32,000 nt of DNA from Candidatus Jordarchaeales archaeon (GTDB taxonomy: Archaea; Asgardarchaeota; Jordiarchaeia; Jordiarchaeales; Freyrarchaeaceae): the NCBI GenBank assembly GCA_038889235.1, contig JAWAHN010000001.1, positions 1,064,499-1,096,498 of the forward strand, in the 5' to 3' direction. The position numbers were made by a program, and so were the translations under genes. The notes beneath the pieces are model-generated. The model had not been told where the DNA came from. It worked only from the letters and a program-made list of their open reading frames with translations, and did no database searches. Shown piece after piece: positions 26,202 to 32,000 of this stretch (position 1 is its first letter; the number at the start of each line of letters is the position of its first letter).

Positions 26202-27203
26202 TTGGATGCTGTCTGTGTGAGGACGCCTGCCCGCCTCCATTTTACCTTAATAGATTTGAACGGTTCTCTTGGTAGAGTGGATGGTGGGATAGGCGTTGCA
26301 ATAGATAGACCTAACGTTGTTTTGAGGGCAACTTTGTCTGATAGTTTTGAAGTGTACGGGCAGAAAAGGGATCTAGTTGAAGAGATACTCTGGAGAGTAG
26401 CTAGGACCTTTAACATTAACCCGAGGGTTAAAGTGGAGGTCTTAAAGATCATCCCGGAACATGTTGGTTTGGGCTCTAAAACTCAGCTTTCGCTCGCAGT
26501 TGCTAAAGCTTTTTCCTTGCTTTTCAACTTGGACTGCAACGTGCGGCGTTTGGCTATGATAACTGGAAGGGGTGGAACGTCAGGTATAGGTGTTGCGGCC
26601 TTCGAAAAGGGGGGCTTTATCCTAGACGGGGGGCATAGCTTCGGGAAGGGGAAGCAGAAAGAGAAGTTTCTCCCCTCATCAGCATCCACTGCCCCGCCGG
26701 CACCAGTGCTGGTGAGGTACGACATGCCAGAGGACTGGCTTTTCGTGGTGGCAATTCCAGCAGTGGAGAAGGGGGCGCACGGCACTAAGGAAGTGAGTAT
26801 TTTCGAGAAGTTTTGCCCCATTCCGAGGGACGAAGTGGAAGCTATTTGCCGCCTCGTTTTAATGAAAATACTCCCTGCGGTAGTTGAAAGAGACTTGTCG
26901 TCTTTCGGCGAGGGGTTGACTGAGGTCCAAAAGCTTGGTTTCAAAAAACTTGAAATCTCACTTCAACACCCGATAGTAAGAGAGCTCATTCAGGCGATGT
27001 TGAAATGGGGGGCTGCCGGAGCAGGAATGAGCTCATTTGGCCCCGCAGTTTTCGGTGTTGTCGAGGGAAAAAGAGCTGCAGAGTCCCTACTTTCGGAGGT
27101 TGAAAAATACCTGGCGCCTATAGGCGGAGAGTGCTTCATAGCTAAGGTTAATAATACTGGAGCCCAAGTTTCCAGAGAGGCGGTTATAGCTGTTCAAAGT
27201 TGA
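26202..27203 (+). CDS. mptG: beta-ribofuranosylaminobenzene 5'-phosphate (beta-RFAP) synthase, GHMP family
   Basis: TPARLHFTLIDLNGSLGRVDGGIG, HVGLGSKTQL, GRGGTSGIG, FILDGGH, GAGMSSFGP. Confidence 0.9.
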   Translation: MDAVCVRTPARLHFTLIDLNGSLGRVDGGIGVAIDRPNVVLRATLSDSFEVYGQKRDLVEEILWRVARTFNINPRVKVEVLKIIPEHVGLGSKTQLSLAVAKAFSLLFNLDCNVRRLAMITGRGGTSGIGVAAFEKGGFILDGGHSFGKGKQKEKFLPSSASTAPPAPVLVRYDMPEDWLFVVAIPAVEKGAHGTKEVSIFEKFCPIPRDEVEAICRLVLMKILPAVVERDLSSFGEGLTEVQKLGFKKLEISLQHPIVRELIQAMLKWGAAGAGMSSFGPAVFGVVEGKRAAESLLSEVEKYLAPIGGECFIAKVNNTGAQVSREAVIAVQS

Positions 27204-27234
27204 AGTCTTCCATTGCCTTCCCGGGGGAAAGCTG

Positions 27235-28314
27235 TTGGTTCGCGTGTGTGGCATAGATCCGGGTACTGGTTCGTGGGATATCGTCGGCCTAGATGATGAA
27301 GACTTGGTTCTGGACACTTCAATACCTACCAGAGAGGTTTTGGAGAACCCTTCCCGCATTGTGAAGATTGTCAAGTCAATGGGCTCATTGGATTTGCTCG
27401 TAGCCCCGAGCGGCTACGGTCTGCCACTCGTAAAGCTCAGTGAGCTAAACGAAAAACACTTTTTTCTCCTAACGCTGAAAAAGGAGAGGGAGACACAAGT
27501 CGTAGGGTTGGAGCAGGTTTTGCGTCTTCTAATAAATGAAGGCTTTGAAGGCTACGTTATACCTGGAGTTAAACATCTCCCGTCCATCCCACCCCACAGG
27601 AAAGTTAACAAGATAGATATGGGGACATCCGACAAGCTTTGCAGCGTAGCTCTAGCCCTCTGGGAGTCCGCTAACGACAACAATGCAGACTATAGTGACA
27701 TCTCGTTTATCCTGGTGGAAATGGGGGGAGGGTTTACCTCAGTAATAGGGGTAGAACGGGGAAAAATAGTGGACGCCATAGGAGGAGCTGAAGGGTGTAT
27801 GGGCTTCATGGCGTGTGGCTGCATGGACGCAGAAGTAGCATACTTGCTGGGCGGCTTTGAAAAAAAGCTGATCTATACCGGTGGGGCAGTCTACATAGCT
27901 GGATACGAAGGAATCACCCCTGAAGAGTTTGCCCTCATGGCGGACAGGGATGAACGCTTCAAGCTCGCTTGGGACGCCCTTATCGAGGGAACGGTGAAAG
28001 ACGTGATGTCTGTGAGCGCCTCATTAGAGCACTTCGACACAATACTTCTTTCAGGACGCCTCTCAAGGGTCGAAAAGATCAGAAACGAGTTGGAAAAGCG
28101 TCTCTCACGTTTCGCTCCAACGCGGAGAGTTAGGGGCTTCGCTAGAATAGCCAAGGAAGCAGCCCAGGGCGCCGCGCTCATAGCTAACGGGTTAGCGGGA
28201 GGAAGCTGCGAGCCCCTTGTTGAGAGCCTAGGAATAAGAAAGGCTAGTGGTTCCGTGTTGGACTACGTTTACTTTGACAAGATACGCGAGCTGAGGAGGA
28301 AGCTTGGTGCTTAG
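27235..28314 (+). CDS. DUF1464-type ASKHA-fold (sugar/acetate kinase-like) protein
   Basis: GIDPGTGSWD phosphate-1 motif, APSGYG, KIDMGTSDK, LVEMGGGFT, VDAIGG, ILLSGR, KEAAQGAA. Confidence 0.8.
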   Translation: MVRVCGIDPGTGSWDIVGLDDEDLVLDTSIPTREVLENPSRIVKIVKSMGSLDLLVAPSGYGLPLVKLSELNEKHFFLLTLKKERETQVVGLEQVLRLLINEGFEGYVIPGVKHLPSIPPHRKVNKIDMGTSDKLCSVALALWESANDNNADYSDISFILVEMGGGFTSVIGVERGKIVDAIGGAEGCMGFMACGCMDAEVAYLLGGFEKKLIYTGGAVYIAGYEGITPEEFALMADRDERFKLAWDALIEGTVKDVMSVSASLEHFDTILLSGRLSRVEKIRNELEKRLSRFAPTRRVRGFARIAKEAAQGAALIANGLAGGSCEPLVESLGIRKASGSVLDYVYFDKIRELRRKLGA

Positions 28315-29038
28315 GCTCGCCTGGGGGATTACGGGAGCAGGTCACTTCATGGTGGAAACTTTCGAAGTCTTCCTCCAGTTGAAGAAAAGCTACAACGTCG
28401 CAGTTACCACCTTCCTATCTAAAGCCGGGGAAGAAGTAGCAAGGATGTATGGCGTCTTCGAGAAGCTAAAGGAGATTTCCCCTGGAGGGTATTACCAGGA
28501 GGTTGTACTGGAAAGGGAGGAAGGGGCAAGCTTCCCCAAGGCTGGGAGATTCGCCTCCGGCAAGTACAGTGCCTTCATAGTCTCCCCGGCGACGTCCAAC
28601 ACTGTTGCTAAAATGGCGCTCGGCATCTGCGACACCTTGATCACGACAGCCTTCGCTCAGGCCCTGAAAAACAAAGTGCCAGTTTACATAGTCCCGACAG
28701 ATTACAAAGAGGGCGAAGTCGAGACCACCCTACCAGTAATAGTTGACAGGGATAAGTGCGTTGGTTGCAGCTTCTGCCCTCCAGAAGAGTGTTGCCCTAA
28801 AAGCGCCCTCGTAAGGGTTGAAGGAAAACCCAGCGTGAACTTGTTAAAATGCGTCGGCTGCCTGGCATGCGTTAAAGCTTGCCTTTACGAGGCTGTGGTC
28901 TTCGGTAGGAGAGTGAAAACGTTCGTTCGAAGCGTAGACGTGGAAAACGTCAAGAGGTTGTCAGCAATAGGCGGAGTTCATGTTTTAAGTGATCCCAAGG
29001 AAATAATCCCCCGCCTAAGGAGGGACCTCCAGCTTTGA
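28304..29038 (+). CDS. dmrX: Dihydromethanopterin reductase-like iron-sulfur flavoprotein (DmrX/AfpA family, 2x[4Fe-4S])
   Basis: AWGITGAGH, SPATSNTVAKMALGICDTL, ferredoxin insert CVGCSFCPPEECCP ... CVGCLACVKAC. Confidence 0.8.
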   Translation: MVLRLAWGITGAGHFMVETFEVFLQLKKSYNVAVTTFLSKAGEEVARMYGVFEKLKEISPGGYYQEVVLEREEGASFPKAGRFASGKYSAFIVSPATSNTVAKMALGICDTLITTAFAQALKNKVPVYIVPTDYKEGEVETTLPVIVDRDKCVGCSFCPPEECCPKSALVRVEGKPSVNLLKCVGCLACVKACLYEAVVFGRRVKTFVRSVDVENVKRLSAIGGVHVLSDPKEIIPRLRRDLQL

Positions 29039-30570
29039 GAGTGCTGCTTGTTACAGGCCGTCTCGCCGAAAAGCTAGTTAAGAAATACTGTGAAGGCCTC
29101 GGCCTCGAGGTTGATGTCGCAACAATGCCCGTATCTGTTGCCGCTTTGATCACCCCCCAGATGCTCATAGAGCACCTCAAAGATAAGGTCTCAAAGGAGA
29201 AATACGACGCCATAATAGTTCCGGGACTTATGCGGGGCAGCGTTAGGGTAGTTGAAGCCGCGCTCGGAATCCCTGTTTTTAAGGGAACAAAGTATGCGTG
29301 CGACATACCGTTAATTTTCAAGAACTTCGACCTCCTATCGAAGGAAGAAGCGCTAGACACGGTAATTTCTAGGCTCAGAAGCGACGCATGGAACAGGTTG
29401 GAATCTCTCACGGGCTCAGGCTTCACCATTGGAAGGGAAGGTGTTAAACCCGTCTACGTTGGTGTAGATGGACCGGTAAGGGTGCTCGCAGAGGTCGTTG
29501 ACGCCCCAGCGCTCCCCCGCAACAAAGTGTTGTCGAGAGCAGAGTACTTTTTGAGGTCTGGAGCTGACATGATAGACATAGGAGGAGTGGTGGGAGAGGA
29601 GCACCCCAGCATAATATCTGAGTTGGTGCACTGTGTAAGGGAAAAATTTAAGGTCCCTGTAAGTGTGGACAGCCTAAACCCTGCCGAAATAGAAGCCGCC
29701 GTGGCTGCTGGCGCCGACATGGTTCTCAGCTTAGACTACGGAAACTTCCACGAGGTCAAGCTTCCACCCGACGTAGCAGTAACCGTTCTACCAACTAACG
29801 AGAAGAAAGGGGAGATCCCGAGGGATCCAGCCGAGAGAGCGCGGAAAACGCTTGAAATAGTTGAGAAAGCCAAGAAAGCTGGACTAGTCAAAGTAGTAGC
29901 TGACCCGCTGCTTGAGCCACCCATAACCCCCGGTCTCGTCAATTCCCTTAAATCCTACATCTTTTTCAGGGAAGCTGACACGGTTACACCTCTCCTCTTT
30001 GGAGTTGGAAATGTGACCGAGTTCATTGACGTCGACAGCATAGGGGTAAACGCTCTCCTAACCATGCTGGCACAGGAGCTGGGCGCCGCTATACTCCTAA
30101 CAACTGAGCACAGCATTAAGTGCCGTGGAAGTGTGAGGGAGCTTGACGCCGCAAGGAAAATGGCATACCTAGCGAAGTCCTTGTCTACTCCGCCAAAAGA
30201 CCTTGGTATAGCGTTCTTCGCCGCAAAGAGTAAAAAGGAGTACTTTGTACCTCCAAACGTGGATGGATTGAAAGCAGTGGCTGAGGCGAGAAACGACAGC
30301 TACTCCCCCGACCCCCTCGGCTACTTCACAATATGGGTTGACCACGAAAAAGGCAAGATATTCGTGCTGTACAAAGGCGTCAAGGGGGAAAAGCTTTTCG
30401 TTGGGGAGAGCTCCGAGTACATAGGCAAAGCCATTCTTTCAGAAGGAGTAATAAGCTCGCTGGAGCACGCCGTATACCTCGGCAGGGAGCTTGGAAAGGC
30501 AGAAGCCTGCCTGAAGCTCGGTAAAAGCTACGTTCAAGATCTCGACGTTTTCGGTGATAAAAATGAGTAA
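29035..30570 (+). CDS. Archaeal dihydropteroate-synthase-like protein (N-terminal DUF6513-like, pterin-binding barrel, C-terminal DUF4346-like)
   Basis: LLVTGRLAE, VAALITP, FKGTKYACD, AEVVDAP, GADMIDIG, VSVDSLN, ADPLLEP, FGVGNVTEFIDVDS, LTTEHS, DPLGYFTI, HAVYLGRELGKAE. Confidence 0.85.
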   Translation: MRVLLVTGRLAEKLVKKYCEGLGLEVDVATMPVSVAALITPQMLIEHLKDKVSKEKYDAIIVPGLMRGSVRVVEAALGIPVFKGTKYACDIPLIFKNFDLLSKEEALDTVISRLRSDAWNRLESLTGSGFTIGREGVKPVYVGVDGPVRVLAEVVDAPALPRNKVLSRAEYFLRSGADMIDIGGVVGEEHPSIISELVHCVREKFKVPVSVDSLNPAEIEAAVAAGADMVLSLDYGNFHEVKLPPDVAVTVLPTNEKKGEIPRDPAERARKTLEIVEKAKKAGLVKVVADPLLEPPITPGLVNSLKSYIFFREADTVTPLLFGVGNVTEFIDVDSIGVNALLTMLAQELGAAILLTTEHSIKCRGSVRELDAARKMAYLAKSLSTPPKDLGIAFFAAKSKKEYFVPPNVDGLKAVAEARNDSYSPDPLGYFTIWVDHEKGKIFVLYKGVKGEKLFVGESSEYIGKAILSEGVISSLEHAVYLGRELGKAEACLKLGKSYVQDLDVFGDKNE

Positions 30571-31516
30571 CCTACCGGACGTTCAAAGCGAGAAACCCAA
30601 AATACTCCTCTCACTAGACGAGGTAGGAGTAACGGGTCTCGTGAAAAGGGTTCGGATAGTTAAAGGGGGAAGCGAGATATTTTTAACGCCAAAAATTTCT
30701 GCATTCATAAATCTCCCCGCATGGCAGAGAGGGGTGCATCTTTCAAGAAGTAGTGAAACAATTGAAAGTGTGGTTGAGGACATAGCTTACTCCCCAGTTA
30801 GAAGCTTCGAGGAGCTTTGTAGAAAGATGCTAACGGTCCTCTTGGAAAAACATGACTACGCTGACAGGGCGAGAGTGCTCTTGGAAGGACTTGTAGTTCT
30901 CGACGTGAGGGCTGGCGAGAGTGAAGTTAAGCGTCAAAAAGCTTACAACGTACGTGTCGAAGGCGTAGCCTCGCGGAGCAGGGAGGGAATCGAAACCAGG
31001 GTTTTCCTAGGAGTGGAGGTTGAGGGGATAATTGCTTGCCCTTGCGCTCAGGAACTTATAAGAAACTACGCGGAAAGCATGATTAAAAGCAGGGCTGAAG
31101 AGCTCTCACTAGACGAACCTGTGATACACAAGATCCTAGATTTGGTTCCCCTCGCATCTCACAGTCAGCGCTGTAAAGGTGCGCTTATAGTGGAGGTGAA
31201 AGACAACAGCGTAGACCTCTTCGAGCTAATTAGAGTGGTCGAGGACTCGATGAGCGGCACGATATATGACGTCTTAAAGAGGCCAGACGAAGCTAGCCTC
31301 GTAAGGCTCGTTCACTTAAACCCGCTTTTCGTCGAGGATGTCGCGAGACTAATAATACTAAACGCCCTGACAAGGCTTAAACAGCTCTCCGACGACGACG
31401 TTTTAGAGGTCAGAGTTGAAAGCATGGAGTCCGTACACCCTCATAACGCTGTGGCATTCAGGAGAGCCAAAGTCGGGGAACTTAAGAAGGAGCTGCAGGC
31501 TGGTTGTGTAGATTGA
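30563..31516 (+). CDS. mptA: GTP cyclohydrolase MptA (FolE2 / GTP cyclohydrolase IV family)
   Basis: LPDVQ, LDEVGV, GVHLSR, IACPCAQ, SHSQR, LKRPDE, NPLFVEDVAR, ESMESVHPHNA. Confidence 0.9.
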   Translation: MSNLPDVQSEKPKILLSLDEVGVTGLVKRVRIVKGGSEIFLTPKISAFINLPAWQRGVHLSRSSETIESVVEDIAYSPVRSFEELCRKMLTVLLEKHDYADRARVLLEGLVVLDVRAGESEVKRQKAYNVRVEGVASRSREGIETRVFLGVEVEGIIACPCAQELIRNYAESMIKSRAEELSLDEPVIHKILDLVPLASHSQRCKGALIVEVKDNSVDLFELIRVVEDSMSGTIYDVLKRPDEASLVRLVHLNPLFVEDVARLIILNALTRLKQLSDDDVLEVRVESMESVHPHNAVAFRRAKVGELKKELQAGCVD

Positions 31517-32000
31517 TCGTAGAAGGCTTCTTTGTTGAAGACGTCAATGGGTTTATATTCGACGTTAAAGGTTTGCTTCATCCACCGGATAGGATTATAG
31601 CTTACTTGCGTTATTTCCCCGACTTGGAAGGGGATCGGGAGAGAAGGGGAGTAAAGTACCGCAAAGTTTACTCCCTCGCAGAAAGGGACGCTATACTCAA
31701 GGCTAGAAAGCCTAACTACTTATACTTCGACCCGGTCTTCGGCATGTTCCTGGAAGGCGTTCCAAGAAATGAGATAGCTAGAATTTACGACCCCCGCGAA
31801 AAACTCCACCACCTTTTGAGGAGTGAGCGAAACAGCTTGGAGGAAGCCGCAGTCTTCCTCGCGCTCGAGGTAGTTAAGACAGCCAAAATATCTCTCAGCT
31901 CTCTTGGCGTATCTGGCTCAATCCTCGTAGATCTAGCGGGGGAGGGTTCTGACGTCGACATAGTGGTTTTCGGTGAGAAGAACTCTCGGAAGGCTTACGA
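31513..32000 (+). CDS. Predicted nucleotidyltransferase (COG1665-like, Pol-beta fold); 3' end runs off the window
   Basis: Not in the ORF track; TTG overlaps the mptA stop (TTGA). Reads IVEGFFVEDVNGFIFDVKGLLHPPDRIIAYLRY...GVSGSILVDLAGEGSDVDIVVFG, with the GS-x-DxD NTase motif; open to the window end. Confidence 0.78.
   Translation, partial: MIVEGFFVEDVNGFIFDVKGLLHPPDRIIAYLRYFPDLEGDRERRGVKYRKVYSLAERDAILKARKPNYLYFDPVFGMFLEGVPRNEIARIYDPREKLHHLLRSERNSLEEAAVFLALEVVKTAKISLSSLGVSGSILVDLAGEGSDVDIVVFGEKNSRKAY

Overview
Chromosomal window from a probably thermophilic archaeon (GC-rich tRNA stems, archaeal BRE/TATA promoters, many TTG/GTG starts). It encodes PolD (DP2), topoisomerase VI and a split rpoA2, so it is not a classical PolD-less crenarchaeote. 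An Asgard (Jordarchaeia/Freyarchaeia-like) or PolD-bearing TACK lineage is an inference only. Content, left to right: hxlB (partial), OsmC, YkgJ, an epimerase, two ABC permeases plus an unusual solute-binding protein, PINA ATPase, rps7/rps12, a PAC2 chaperone, tRNA-Arg, dUTPase, an HTH-PRTase, IMPase, nusA/rpl30e/rpoA2, folP-polC-wHTH, tRNA-Val, an MFS transporter, top6A/B, tRNA-Ala, a methyltransferase, an AIR-synthase-like gene, tRNA-Gly, and a coupled methanopterin-type pterin biosynthesis operon running off the right edge. No CRISPR, integrase or transposase was seen. The most striking signal is in the RNA genes. All four tRNAs are intron-split (7 introns, 6 at non-canonical positions). 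tRNA-Arg(UCG) has three introns, one at position 9/10 that cannot form its own bulge-helix-bulge (BHB). Instead, its 5' splice site forms a complete BHB with the 3' splice site of the T-loop intron, helped by a leader that pairs with the 3' end. This suggests cross-paired (interlocked) intron processing. All pairings were worked out by hand, not by folding software.
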